Positions 1-13,689 of a DNA stretch of 64,000 nt are shown here, piece after piece. Made by a program: the position numbers and the translations under genes. The DNA is from Oikopleura dioica (taxonomy: Eukaryota > Animalia > Chordata): the NCBI GenBank assembly GCA_907165135.1, contig OU015568.1, positions 4,030,001 to 4,094,000 of the forward strand, in the 5' to 3' direction. The notes beneath the pieces were generated by a model. It did not search any database. It was not told the DNA's origin and saw only the letters and a list, made by a program, of their open reading frames with translations. How positions within the stretch are numbered: position 1 is the stretch's first letter; each line of letters begins with the position of its first letter.

Positions 1-66
1 CCACCTCCAATCGAGAAAAATTGCAAGAGCAACTGGCAAATCAAAATTAATAGAACCGGTTTAAGG

Positions 67-873
67 CACATTCCAACCGCCGATCGCGAGTGGGTCAAGG
101 AAGACAGCTTCTTGCAGTCGGACTTCCGGCTTGAAGTGCACGACTCCTCCGGCATGGACGAAAGCACTCACATTCCCCCCTCCTGGGTCGGCTCCGTCGA
201 CGCCTTCGTCATCATGTACGCCATCAACGATCGAGAGAGCTTCGAAATCGCCTGCCACATCCGCCGCAAACTCGCCGAGGCCATGGGCCAATGCGACGAA
301 AGCTGCTCCATCCCCATCACCTTAATCGGCAACAAGCGCGACAAAAAGAGCGAACGACAAATTTCAAAAGCAGAAGTCCTAAATCACATCAAGGTGAGAC
401 ATTTTACATGTCCAAAACAGCGTCATGTCTGACAGACAGCGGGACATCAGTTGTTGTTTTTGAGACGAAAAACAATACGATTTTTCGGATCTTTTTTGCA
501 TCGATTTTCTGGGTGGAAAATCCATACACTTTCGAGTCGAAATCCAAGAATTAACCGGCGCTCCTTTGATCTAGAATCTAAGAACGGGATCCCCTTAATT
601 CTTTTCCTCTCAAAAACAGCCTCGATTCTCCTTATTTTCTTGAAGATTTCCTCAGCTCATTTTCTCATCTCATTCTTTCAGGATTGGAAAAACACCAAGT
701 TCGCCGAGATCACCTGCACCTCCCTTTACGAAGTCGAGACAATCTTCGCCGAGCTGATCGAAATCCACGAGCGCAAGTACGGGCTGTACACGCCTCAGTT
801 CACCTTCTGGCAAAAAGTTCACAACTACTTCAAAAAGCCGGATATGCAGATTCACCTCAACAGCGTCCACTGA
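67..873 (+). CDS. Ras-superfamily small GTPase, RERG/RASL11/12-like (3' part; 5' exons lie outside the window)
   Basis: Exon ~67-393 (HIPTADRE...LEVHDSSGMDE...DAFVIMYAINDRESF...ITLIGNKRDKKSERQIS) has a G3-like DSSG and a G4 NKRD. GT-AG intron 394-681. Exon 682-873 (DWKNTKFAEITCTSLYEVETIFAEL...) ends in TGA. No CAAX box. Confidence 0.8.
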
Positions 874-3800
874 GAAATAAGGATCCCCCCTTCGGTTATT
901 AATTTCAAGAAAACGAACAGATGTTTCTGGTGTCACTGAAAACATTTTAAAAAATTACTTCTTCCATGAAACTCTCCAGCATTGACCTCAAAAGACCTCA
1001 AAAAAAAAATAAGTGAACCATCTTTTCTCATGTCGCACTTTTTTTTAAAAATAAGGGAATCTCATGAAATTTCCCTTTTTCGAGTTCCTGAACCGTTCAA
1101 AAAACAACAGCTTATTTGTTCATCCAAATCTATTCTCCCGAAAAAATGTGTGCTAAAAATCCAGCGCGAGGATAGAATACTCCAATAGTTCGACCCCAAA
1201 TCTTAGGGGTGGGTACCTCCTTCTTGCTTATTGAAAGTCTTTCCTCTTTCCTTTTGCAAGAATAAGGGTACCCATTCTTAAGTTATGACCCGACAAGAAT
1301 CCCATTTAATGCTCTGGTGCCCCTAAGTAAAAAAAGAAAGAAGATATACTAGAATCAAAAATCTAAAAAAATTACATCTGTTCTTAATTTTACAGGGATC
1401 GCTAGTCATTGGGATTAAGGGTCTCCACTTTTCAAACCAACAAAATCATCTCTTTTCTTTTTAAAGAAAACTCCAGTTTGCTTGTGCTCTAGGTGCTTGA
1501 TTCAATATCATACTATTATATCATTTACTATATTTCGATTCTATTTTACGGTTGTTTCATTACTGTAGTTATGTTTTGTTATAATCCAGCTTATTACTGT
1601 CTGCTTATATTTTTCAAAATCCCTGATGTTCAAGATATACTGGTGATGCTTTGCCCTCAAGCTTTAAACCCCCATTTGAAATAGCGGCCCTACGCTCCTT
1701 AGGCTAAGGAGAATAGGGCCCGCTTCCCACCCAAATGATACCCAAGTTCACTTGCTTTGCCCCTCAAAAGGCACCTGAAAATCCCTCGGTTCTATTGCGC
1801 CACCTTGTGTTCCGAAAGACGAAGTGACGCTCTGCACCAGGTTTTTCACGAGTGTGACCACTTTTTACTACTGGTTATCCCCAGTCCTTTCTTGTTACTA
1901 CTATTATTCTTGTTATACTTTACTGAAAACATTTATTTTTTCTTTATAGTCCCTCAAAGCTTTTATTTCATCACGTGATTAGCTAGCGCCAGAGAACATG
2001 AGCGATCATGATCATTTTTGGTGGCGTTGGTTGAAATCACTGTATTCATTTTTTTTCATGACTGTACATACGGAAAGCTTTCAATTAAAATTCGATAAAA
2101 TGCTTCAAATAATACTTGTTTGTCGTTTTTCTTGCAGGAAAAAAAAAGCAAAAAAGAAAGAGAGAGCCTTAATTTTGGCTTCAAAAAGCAATTCAGAGGC
2201 GGAATTATCAAATTTATAGATTTTCGGCTTAGTGGACGGTATACCCTTAATCTCAGCAGGAAAAAGGGAAGAGTCTTTCATAAATGATCTTCTTTTCTTA
2301 AGCCATAAAATCTCCTAATTTTCCAGCGTCCCAATAAAGACTGAAAAAAAAGAATAATCCAGGTGCCAGTTGGCAGGTGCATCGTTAAGGACCCTGAGCC
2401 CGCAAATATTCCGATTGTTTATTTGAACCCTTATTGTCCGAAATCTGAAAGCTTAGCCTCAATTTTCACAAAAGGCTGGAGGCACTGAGCCAAGAAAAGT
2501 ACCAACAAATAATGGGACAAACAAAAAGAAGGAGGATAGTAAAATTTACGCGTGACGACATTTGGCAAGCCCGGAAAGATGAGATCTGGTTTGGGCAGGA
2601 TTTTGGGCAATAAAAAATGCGCGAACTTTGAAAAGGCTTTTTGTGCAAAGATTCAAAAAAAAAAGATTGAAAATGATATCAAAAAATTTTTACCCAAAAA
2701 TAACGGTTGAAAAAGCATTTTTTATAGATGATCATATTTTTTTAATATTATATCATATTGTATAATATGATCATGAATTGTTATGATCATATTATGCAAC
2801 TAAAACCTAATAACTTGGCCTGAGGCTTGTGAAAATAGTTCGATGGAATCCCCAAATGAAAAATAATTTACGAGTTGTTAATGTTATGCTCGCCCGCGGG
2901 CATGTCAAAAATGATCCCCTTTTGGTTGACTGGTGACAATAAACCTCACACGCTCCTGCCGCTGATGCTCGACAGTTGACATGATTAGCCACTTCAGCTC
3001 ATGCTCAATCCAATAATCGCCAATTGACGGCACTTTCTTCGCCAAAGTCTTCGCGAAACTTAATCATCCCTACATAGCTCTTGTCTCATGTGATCAGCGA
3101 TCAGGGGCTTTTCAAGTCATTTCTAATTTGATTAATGAACATTCATGGCAAAGCTGACGTTCTTCCACTTCTCTACTTCAAGTAGTACCCTGCGGTGCTA
3201 CAACGCTAATTCTGACTACGAGACTGAGTAGAGGTTTCGATAAGCGAGCATGCTCACCGTGGCGGGCAGACAGCGCGCGCAGTTTTAATCCGGTAGAATC
3301 GTTTTATAGTTTTAGGGCGATCCAAATCTAAAACCATTCAAAGCTATAAACGAGCCTCATAGCCTGATTTTAATCGCTGAGATCAATCTCCGCTCGCCTT
3401 CCAATTATTTTATATTGTGCTCTAAACAAACGTAACTCGTGATTGTTTATGATCGAATGGAATGCTACTTGAGCTTTTCTGAAAGAGGGGCCCCTTTTTC
3501 TCATCGAAAAATGGAAAAATAGAGCGCTCATTTCCTGGTACTAAGCTTTCCTGTTTATTTTCCAGAGGAAACGGGGGAAATCTATTAATCCCTTTTTGCG
3601 ATAGTTGTTGTTTTAAGTACTTTCGTTGGAGAAATAAAATGGGTAGGGAGTAGGAGGAGCGTTTTCCAAGGGCACGAAATTCTGTTTGAATTCATGTGAA
3701 TTTTGACATTTGCTCTTTTCAAATTGACGTTGCCGCGGTATGAAGTTTTTATGCACACTTATTGCTTTATGCATAAATGCTATTCCCATGACCAGATCTT

Positions 3801-5187
3801 ATATAATCTTCATGCACGATGGAACCTAAGGTTTCTTGGCGTTTTTTAAGTGTTTTGCAGTAAACGTAGATTTCTTTGTAAATAGATTTTTTTCTACAAA
3901 GGTTAAACATTTCTTCTGTTTGCGCAATATTATCCTTTTTGGTTGGACCAGTTGTCTTGTTAATTAATTGGATTTGTTGGAGCAACAAAAAAGAAGTGGT
4001 ATTACTTTGTTTTCAAATATAACTCGAGACATGAAAAATAATGGAATGAATGAGTTGCAAAAACGGGGTAAAATTGTAGAACGAGGTCGTTTTCGAACCC
4101 AATTTTCGTGTCAAAATGGGAACAAGGCTCCTCAGAACCTGACACAGGTTTTTTTCACAGGTTGGTGAGTCAAAAAAGGACCGTTTTGGCCGAACCCTTT
4201 TTTGCGTGAGTCGAAAAGTTTGATTTATGATGGTCTTTTTTCTGCAAAGGAATGTACGCACGCTGCTGGGGATATTTAAGATCGCTAAGCTCAAAGCTGT
4301 GAACAAGTTAACTGTGTGGTCCCTTGCTTAGCACCTACTGTAGTGCGTTCATGATGACTTACTTGTAAGCTTTATGGTAGCTTCCTTAAATTTTTGGTAC
4401 CTTTGGCAGGCTTAAAGGTCAATGAGTTCATGCTTGCCTACATTTTGGGAAGGGAAAAGTTCACTCGTTTTGAATAACTTGTCGGTTAAGTGACAACTTT
4501 GAGTTTGAGCTAAACTCGATCACTGGTGAACTTTTTGTGGACAAACAAATAATAAAGACGCTTTGATCGAGGGTCCTGGTTATTAATACTCGACAAATAA
4601 AACCTTTACGGGCAAAATATCAATTTCTTTGAAAAAAATTATTTAAAAAAAAATCTTCTTTTGCAATTTCTTAATTTTCCCGAAAAGTCGATTTTCCAGA
4701 AATCACGGAAAGTCGGACATAAGGAAAATATATTTCTAAATGTAAAAAAATCGCGGAAAAAGAAAAATCATCAGATATTTTGTCTGACAGATTCTTCGAT
4801 TGTGACTTTGGCCTTGAAAAAATTATCAATTCACGTACATAGGTCAGCATCAACACTTTTCAACACAGTTTTCTTTTTCCTGAAGCAGCTGCTGTAATCC
4901 GCGTTAACAAGATTTATCTCGACGAAAAAGTGGGTTTCTTCTGATCAGCACGTACTACCAACCTTTTAGGTAAGCTTGGATCAAAGGGTATTTTATTCCG
5001 ACTTTTCTTTTCAAATGTAAAGAGGGAACTTTGCCCGGGAAGGAGGAGTAAATAGTAGCGAACGTTTGATGTGCCTCCAGGCGGGTGAATAAAGAACGGT
5101 TACGTAATACCAAGATAAAAGATAGTTGCTGAAGTCAAGTTGACTTAGTCAACTAGCTGAAATCTGGGCTCGGTTATGATTGAATAG

Positions 5188-5241
5188 CCCTAACCCAACC
5201 CTAACGCTAACCCTAACCCTAGCCCTAACCCCAATTTTAGG
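5188..5241. repeat. Degenerate interstitial (CCCTAA)n telomere-like tract
   Basis: ccctaacccaaccctaacgctaaccctaaccctagccctaacccc, followed by aattttagg. Confidence 0.75.
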
Positions 5242-8200
5242 TGTCACCTGATTTCGACGACGGGCGTGCCTAACTTCGCCCGACTCACGAGGTCTTTCGA
5301 GCGAAGCGTGCGCGCCCACCCCGAGCGTGTTTGTGCCTAATTGTGTGCCCAAATCGCACCTCTTTTGGACCGCGGGCTTGCACCTAGTAAATCAAGCGCG
5401 TTGGGCGACCATCAAAGGCTTGAATAAACGCGCTGACTCGGAGCCTTTTGCTCCATCAATCTTGATACTGTTTTAACTGGTTGAAGAAAGTACTGGGCGA
5501 TGAGAAAGAAAAGAGATGAGTGATCATGTGACTCTTTCTTTTAGAAAAAGAGAGGGAGAGGATTACTATGTTTTTGGCTTCAAGCTGTTTTTGAAGCTTT
5601 TCTGATGCTTATCAAAAAGAAGAAGACAAATTTGTCTGCTAGACGCGATCGCAGACCTTGAATGATGTTTTTTTCAATATTATTTTGATAATTTTTTTTA
5701 TTCTTGGCATTTTATTTTTGAAAAATCATCGGCGAAGAGCCTTCCCCAGACTCCCGATTGGAAAAAACAGTGATAATTTTCGGACATCATGTCACGACTA
5801 GGATGCGATAAGACCAGTTGGAGATTTCCCATTTATTGCCAGATTTTTCTTGTAATGTGATTTCGAAACGGCTTTGTTGAGTCAAACCGTTCTTTAATGC
5901 TCATGGCCCATGGTTCATCCTCTGAAGGAGCCAAGGTAAGACCGTGACGAAGCAGCGTCATAATTACGAATTTCATCAAAACAAGGCTTCGCCTCGATTT
6001 CCCAACCTTGAAAACATGTTATCGTCGGTTGAGACGGTATTTTCGAGCATCGGAAAATCGCAACTCAGCTGAATACGAGACTTTCCAATCGATTCAAAAA
6101 CGCCTCGTACCGTTTTCTTTCAACATTATTTTCAAGTCTCAATTTCCCAATTTTAAAAAACAAGTCAAAATGTTTTCGAAATAAAAATTTGAAATTGCAT
6201 AATTGCTAACTTGCTATTTTATCTTGTGCTAGAGTACCGCTTAATAAATCGCTTGATCGTCAAAAAAAAATGGTGTATCTGGGCTGAGCAGCTTTGGATT
6301 TATTGCCGAAAAGCTTGATTTTGTACGGCTGACCTGGTTATTTTTTATTCTCACTTTACGATGTTGCCATACATCTTTTTTTCACTCATTAGCGTTTCTT
6401 TCAACATCTGACTTTTTCATTCCTAATTTGATTTGAATTAAAATCTTTGTTTTCAAAGTGACTGTAAAATTTTTTTTTACATTTTTATATTTTTGATTAA
6501 TTTATAGCATCATTCAGTAAAAGGCGTGATAATTGAAAATTAAAAAAAAATCAATTAATTATTAATTTATTGAAAATTGTTGAGATCAATTTAAAGCAAA
6601 TAATAAAGTCATTTATAATCAAATAAGAAAAAACAGGGAATTATAACATTTCCATTAAATAAACCCTAACCCTAAAATGACTCCGCTAGAAAGTTCATCT
6701 GACGTCACGGATCTAATTTGGCACCCGTCCGTGAAGTGGTCACATGACCTAACGAGGCTAAACTGAAACCGAAAAAAGTGCGCAAAAATCAGCGCGCGCG
6801 GGCCTCAAAAATATTTTCGAGGTGACTTGCCAAAAATCTATCACGTGGCCTGGCCGCTCTAGCTCTCCAGCGCCACCGCCATAGTGGATATTTTTTTTCA
6901 ATAACGGAAAAGCGCGCAAAAATTTTTGCGGGAAAACGGACACACGTGGATCAACGAAAAAATTTTCTACGCTTGGCTGAAGTAAAAACTCGAACAGATC
7001 AAAAAAAATATTTAAGGTGATCGCGGTTAGAATTATAAACATATCATTTTCAAAATAATCTTCTGTTTTGTTGCTTTTTTCTTACCGAAAATTGTAAGAA
7101 GAATTTTTCTAAAAAAAAGCCATAAAAATAATTTATTAAAAAATTATTTATTTCAGTTATTTTTAAATTTTTTATTTTATATTTTCATTATTTTTTTATT
7201 TTATTAAAAAATTATTTTTTTTTATGGAAGTTTTTTTGATATTTATTGATTTTATAAAAAAAATGATTATTCGAGAAGAAAAATTTTCATAATTAGCAAA
7301 AAAATGTGAAAATAAATACTTTGAATCAAAGTTTTCAAGAAGCTCCAAAAAGCCCTTGTCAAGTGCAATCTCAACAAAGAAAAAACGACCACAATAGCAC
7401 CGTTTATTGAAATTTTAGAAGTGTTAAGAGATTTTCAAGAGGTTAGTGTTCCATCTTCCCCTCTATTCATCTCCCACACATCTTCGCCATAGCAACAGGC
7501 GTTGGCTCTTTTTTCGATTGAACTTCTGAACTTCCGCTGTAAATAAAGTTCAAAGCATTCATTTTTAATGGCGTCGGGGAAGAATGCTTTTGTTACTAAC
7601 AAGCAGTCATTTGGCTTTTTGACCGCGGGAAACGCGAGATTTATAGACCAAAAAAATCGAGCAATAAAAATGCTTCACTTTTCTAGCGACGTTAAGAGGA
7701 AAATTTCCTCAGGAAATTATGGCTGTTAAATATCTAGTCATACATTCATTTTCTGACCTTTTAATGCTCAAATTATCATATTTTGTTTGGTTTCTTTAGG
7801 TGATCTCGGAGATATTCGTGGTTGAAATTACGAGTTACATCTCCTAGACATCCTCAAAAGGTGCACTAGCTTGCTAACCCTTTCGTTGCCCTCGACCAAC
7901 TCTCCAACTAAACGCACACGCAAAAATCTTACAACTATCTTAAGGGGATCAACTCGAAATCCATGTTTTCACCAGCCAGAGGTGCCCTTAAATTGAATTG
8001 AAGTGAGTTATTCTGGCCTGAATGTAGGAATCAAAAGTTCCTGTGAATGTTTTGACTCGTAACTTATGAGAAAGTCGTAATTACTTTATTTTTCTGGCGA
8101 TGAATCTGCTTCACATTCATATTTTTACGATTTATGGAGGAAATCCGCCTCATCAGATCAATTACTATAAATGACTTATTTCTACATTCTCATCTTCCTA

Positions 8201-9509
8201 CAGTAGCTGACAGCGTCTACACGGACTTTGCCTAATCGCTGCTAATTATTATCGGAAATCTGCCATTTACCTTCGATCATTCTTTTCATTTAAACTGAAA
8301 AGATCTATAATTAACAAGTCTGTTATTTCAAACAATTTTTAATAGAAAGCTTTTTGACAGTCAGTCTTAGAGATTAATGCCTCGTATCAATATGAATGTA
8401 GGTTGAATCTTTACCCGGACAAAACGCCTTCTTTTTTTGCTCCCAAGAGACTTATAAGAAGGATCCCCTTATTTGAAAGGGGCGAAAAGGGAACGTTTTT
8501 CATTTGCACTCGGCCGAAGATGGAATTTATTCGAGCAAACAGGAGCCAAAATTTACCCAGTCCTCCGCGCATATTTGACGTGGCGATACTACCGTATCTA
8601 TTGACACAGTACGAGCAGCGTGACATTTTCCCACTGGCGATTGCTTTTTCTTTAGAAGAATTGCATACTTCATAAATGCGCCTTTTGTCAATCGCCTCAA
8701 TAAAAAAGTGTAAAAAAGCCGCTTTTGGATCATTTTTTTCCCACGAAAAAGCGATTTTTTTTCATTCCAGAATTCGCCGGAAATATAAACTTTTGTCAGA
8801 AAAATGGTCTTTTTTCATGATGATTTTTTATGTCAATATTAAAATAAAATGAAAAAGCACCTTTAATTTTTATCAGTAAATGCATTTGCCCGCGGGAGGT
8901 TTCGGAGATTTGACATGAAATAGACCCGCTCAGCCGGATTAAATGATCCTTATCACGTGAATGGATAATGGCTGTGGATAATTCTGCGAGCTGGATTAAC
9001 TTGTACTGCATTTTCTTTCTTTTTAAACATTCTTGGGGCCGAAAAAACGGTACGATTTCGTGGTATTTTGAAAAGTCTTTTTTAAAATTCCCGGATATGT
9101 CACGTGATTATGGAGGATATCGTAAAAAGGACGCCAAACAGGTTCGGTCAAAAATATTTTCGGATTTTCTTTTACAGTTTTTAGCATTTGAAATACGGAA
9201 ATTGCGTAATTTTCTCAAACAAAGCTCTTGCCTAATTCTACATCAGCTGGAATCAAGCTGGAAGTAAATATTTTTTCTTCAACAACTTCTTGCCAAATTC
9301 GTCTTTTACAAAAGCCAAAAATCAACAGTGTTCATGATTGACGTCTTTTCGGTCTTTTGTTCGGTAAAGTTTGAATTCTATTCGAATTTCAAGAATCTTC
9401 TATTCTTTTCAAATTGTCTGTCTTCAAATTCGCTCAAATTATTTACTGTAGTTATATTTCTAGTGCAAGTGCGAAGATGATAAAGACTCTTCATTGAAGC
9501 GGATTTTCG

Positions 9510-9764
9510 ATGGATATTCTTCCACTTGCATTTTTCGCCCTTTCACTACAAAATTGTCTAGCCGCCAAATTGTCGCGTAGACAGAGTCAAAGAATATATT
9601 TTCAAGAGCGAAGGAAGCATGTGGACATCAGTCTCAGCGGCAATTTGGAGCAAAGACATCATGCGAGAAATCATGCGGTAGAACTGGATGAGGAACAAAA
9701 TCCTTCGAACAAAAAATTCCGAGAATTCTCAAGTTACGGGATCACCGTAAATTATGATAGATGA
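9510..9764 (+). CDS. Putative small secreted precursor (signal peptide plus basic cleavage-like sites)
   Basis: ATG-started 84-aa ORF with hydrophobic N-terminus MDILPLAFFALSLQNCLA, followed by SRR, RRK and KK sites. No recognisable homology. Confidence 0.3.
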   Translation: MDILPLAFFALSLQNCLAAKLSRRQSQRIYFQERRKHVDISLSGNLEQRHHARNHAVELDEEQNPSNKKFREFSSYGITVNYDR

Positions 9765-12700
9765 AAGAGTGCATGACTAGATAAATTCCAGCGCGAGAGG
9801 CGACTCACACGCTGGGCATGTTTGAAAAGCGCGATCTCGGGGACACGTGATCACGTCGCTAAATAAGGAGAGAGCTCCCATTCTTTTCGCCAAACAAAGG
9901 AGAAAACGGTCGTCCCGCGCGTTCAAACTTTCGAACTTTGGCCACATGGAAAGCTACCTGACATGAGCGACGATCAAATAGGAGTGTAGGAAAACTCTTG
10001 AAAGAAAAGAATGGAGCGCCCGCGCCAAATTTAAAAATTTGAAAGCATATTCCAACTTGACTTTATGAATTTAAAAATATCAAATCTACCCGAAAAGTAT
10101 TCGAATTTATTAATTGGGGTTAGGGTTACCCTTATGATATTGGTCCCTTATCTTTACTAGAATATTTTTTTTGGTCAAATATCGATTAAAAAACTGGGTT
10201 TACGATGATCAAGAAACACATCGTTATTCAAAGAATGGGAGCAGCTGACCTGAAAACATCACGTTCTCAGGTAACGAACCTAATGGCCCGAATGGACCGA
10301 GATCACCCGGTTCTGAATTGCGAATTCCTTGTTCATCCCGCGTCGCGCCGTGATCACGCGACAACTCTCGGAACATCACTTTGACTTATCTACAAATCTT
10401 GAGATCTTTCTTCAATAAAAAAGGCTCTTTCCCGCAGATCATGAGGAAATAGAAAAGAGTATTTCAAAATTGAGAGAGCAGGCGCACCCTTTTTCAATAA
10501 AAAGGCGCTTTTCTATCAGTCAAGTCTGGTTCCGATACGCTTCTCATGATCGTCATCCACTTGTTCTCAGTTGACTTCACTGATTTGGAAATTGAATCAA
10601 AAAAAGAATATTTTCCAATCGAAAAAGAGAAGCTTCTATCCACCGAAATTTCCAACAAAGAGCGCAAATTTGAGCTTCGAAAATATTTTTGAGCCAAAAT
10701 TATTAAAATGCCCGTTTCCATGATCGTTTTTAATAAAGCAATGATTCTGAATTGAAAAGCAGCGGCTTCGATTTGAATTATTATCATTCGAATTCAAAGT
10801 CAAATCGAAAATATTGATTCGTAATTTACGAACTTCGAACTTCGGAAAGAAAAAATCGCTTATTTAAATGTTTTAAAAGTTTGTTGGCAGGATCGCCCGC
10901 GCTATTTTTTGCGCACTTTTCGGTTGAGTCGCCCAGCGACCACGTGACTCCGCCGACTGAGTGGAGCGGGCTGACTGCGCGCCAGCTGCCAAGCCAGTGG
11001 ATGCCCAACTCATGACTAAAAAATGAGGCACAATTAACCGATACTACGAGCCTTTTTTTACAAAAAAAAAATTTTAAAAGCTCGAAATTCTTACTAAATT
11101 TAAATAAAAGATTTTTTGGAATCTTGTTGAAAGAACCTTTTTGATAGAATTTATTCATTTTTACCGAAGAAAGATCGTCCATTCAGGCAATTCTTGAATC
11201 AATGGGATCTTACCACACTGCTTGCTTGGTGCGTCGATGCAGCTTCTCGCTGGTGGTGAATGGAATGCTGCTTGCAAGGATGGAGGAGAGGCTACTAGCC
11301 AAAGGCAGCGCGTAGGAGTGAAAGGAATCGAAGGGAAGATACTACACCGACGTGCTCAGCACAATCACGTGACTGATTCTCACAATTTTCGAAGAGTAAT
11401 GCTTAGGAAACTTCAAGGAAGCGTGGCCTTACTCATGTAGATTCTAGGCCACGAGGCAACGAAATTTAAATGATGACGAAGCTGAGAATTAAGGAGACCA
11501 CTGATAATCATTTCTCCTTTTTCGATGTTGAATTAAGGGTATCATCGTCTTAATTCTTGGTTTAATATAGCAGAAAAGTACAGTCTTTGGCATTAATCAA
11601 TTCTTATTTTTATCTAAATCGACTTCCGAAATCAACAATGATATTAGCCCCTAATAATTAGGGCCTAATTAAGATAAACAGCTTTGCATTTCATTTTAAA
11701 CCAGAGTTGCTCATCGATAAAATCTTGGCTGAAATGTTGAAGTTCAACAATTTTTCGTTCTTTGCCAAATATAGAAAGAACTTTTTCGCGCTCTCACGTG
11801 TTTATGGGTTGATAAATGTGCCAATAGTTGATGAGCAATCTTTAACTTTTGAAGCAGAAGATAAAACACCTTTTATGGCTGCGAAAGGTTACCGAGAACT
11901 CGACACACTTGCTAATTCATCTATCACATGAACATACCACTTTTTTCATCTCGTCAACTACTTTTTTTTTATTAGTCACGTACAATTGTGAATTGTATCC
12001 AACAATTTTGAGCGAACTTTGAGAAAAGAAAAAGGTGGATTAGGTCGGTGCAAAGTTTCCTCGCTAGACTTTTGCTTGAAACACCGGCCGTTAAGGTTTC
12101 AGGGGATTATGGAAAGACAACTTAAATCTTCCTTTTTGGAAATTTTTCAAGAAAGTTTTGGGTCACTAACGACTGGTATCAACATCAATGCTCAAGTTTC
12201 TTTCAAGCTAAAAAACTGTGAAGCCGTGGAGAATTCAGATCGAACTATTGAAGAACTATCAGAATCTCACCAAAACCTGAAAGAGCGTTGAACGTCGATA
12301 GACACCTTCTTATCGTCAGTCTGAGCTTAGCTGGATCACCAACGAGCCTGTGAACGAAATTGTTGGCCCTGAGAGAATCTAAAAGCAAAATGACGTGGCC
12401 AAATCAAACTCTGACTTTGAAAAAAAAGCAGCCAAAAAATACCAAAAAAAATTGAAAATTCTGAAAACTAGTAAATGGGGGGGGGGTATCCTTCGAGCTC
12501 CCCCCTCAGGCCTAAAAGGGGGGGGCCCTTTTCTTTTATCACAAAGATACCATTACACTTGTAAATATGATAAATTTACATCCTGAATATATTTGCTTAT
12601 TTGAGCGGAAACTTCTTCAAAACAAAAAGAGGTTGAAGAAATAGACTCAACCCTCCTCACCCTGTATCGTAATTTATGATCACATTATTGCATAACAAAT

Positions 12701-13057
12701 CGAATTCTCGACGCGTTTTTTTATCCAAAGAAAGACGGATTAATTCCGAACTGGAGCTGTTTTTGCAAACTTTGGGCCTTCTTGATTTTGTTTATGTTTA
12801 TTTTGTTAATTTGTTGATGACAAATTCAGCGAGCGGTTGAATGCGGTAACCTTTTCTGGCCGCGTTAGTTTGTCCGACGGGCTGGAATCTCTAAATCAGA
12901 AATTGAACGAGAAAAACGAACTGGGCGACGCAGGTTCGTCAAAAGTTCAGCTCGCGCCACAACCGCCGTTAAATTGCATTTATGCGCCTAGGATTATTCC
13001 ACCACCATAGCGCAAGAATCGGCAGGGAACGGGGCAAGGAACCAGGCGCAGAAGTTC

Positions 13058-13689
13058 AGATGATTTCAAAAAACTTTTTGTCGGGCCGGAAATCGTAAAA
13101 AATCTGTAAGTGCAGTTTTCTTCAGCTCGTCGAGACGAGTCGAATGATGGGTCTAACTCCTGATAACTATCAGGATTTACCGGTTTACCGGAAAATACGT
13201 TGTCACCGGCCGTTTTTGTTCTAGAAGTGGTAAACAGATGATCGACCCAGGTAATTGCTCCTTATAGTCGGTTCTACTCTAGGCTCAAAGATGAGGCTCG
13301 TATCAATACTCTGAAGAGAGTTATCACTAAAACAGTACATTTTACATGCATTTTGTTGTTGCTGCACGTTCCTGATTTTTGTCCCATTTCTGCCATAAAT
13401 AGTATTTTAGTGATAACTCTCTTCAGAGTATTGATACGAGCCTCATCTTTGAGCCTAGAGTAGAACCGATTATAAGGAGCAATTACCTGGGTCGATCATC
13501 TGTTTACCACTTCTAGAACAAAAACGGCCGGTGACAACGTATTTTCCGGTAACCAGCCGGTAAACCGGTAAATCCTGATAGTTATCAGGAGTTAGACCCA
13601 TCATTCGACTCGTCTCGACGAGCTGAAGAAAACTGCACTTACAGATTTTTACGATTTCCGGCCCCACAAAAAGTTTTTTGAAATCATCT
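13058..13689. repeat. Long near-perfect inverted repeat (arms ~13058-13332 and ~13405-13689, 72-nt spacer)
   Basis: The left arm agatgatttcaaaaaactttttg...gagagttatcactaaaa is the reverse complement of the right arm ttttagtgataactctc...aaaagttttttgaaatcatct, with a few mismatches and one ~11-nt indel. Confidence 0.95.

Noticed and set aside
3767-4900. Cluster of short minus-strand ORFs as a spliced gene
   Set aside because: No coherent exon chain or protein motif was found.
5898-6072. Short spliced ORF (MLMAHGSSSEGAK|ASPRFPNLEN...*) with a plausible ~50-nt intron
   Set aside because: About 41 aa with no motif and no upstream frame support; cannot be distinguished from chance or a non-coding transcript.
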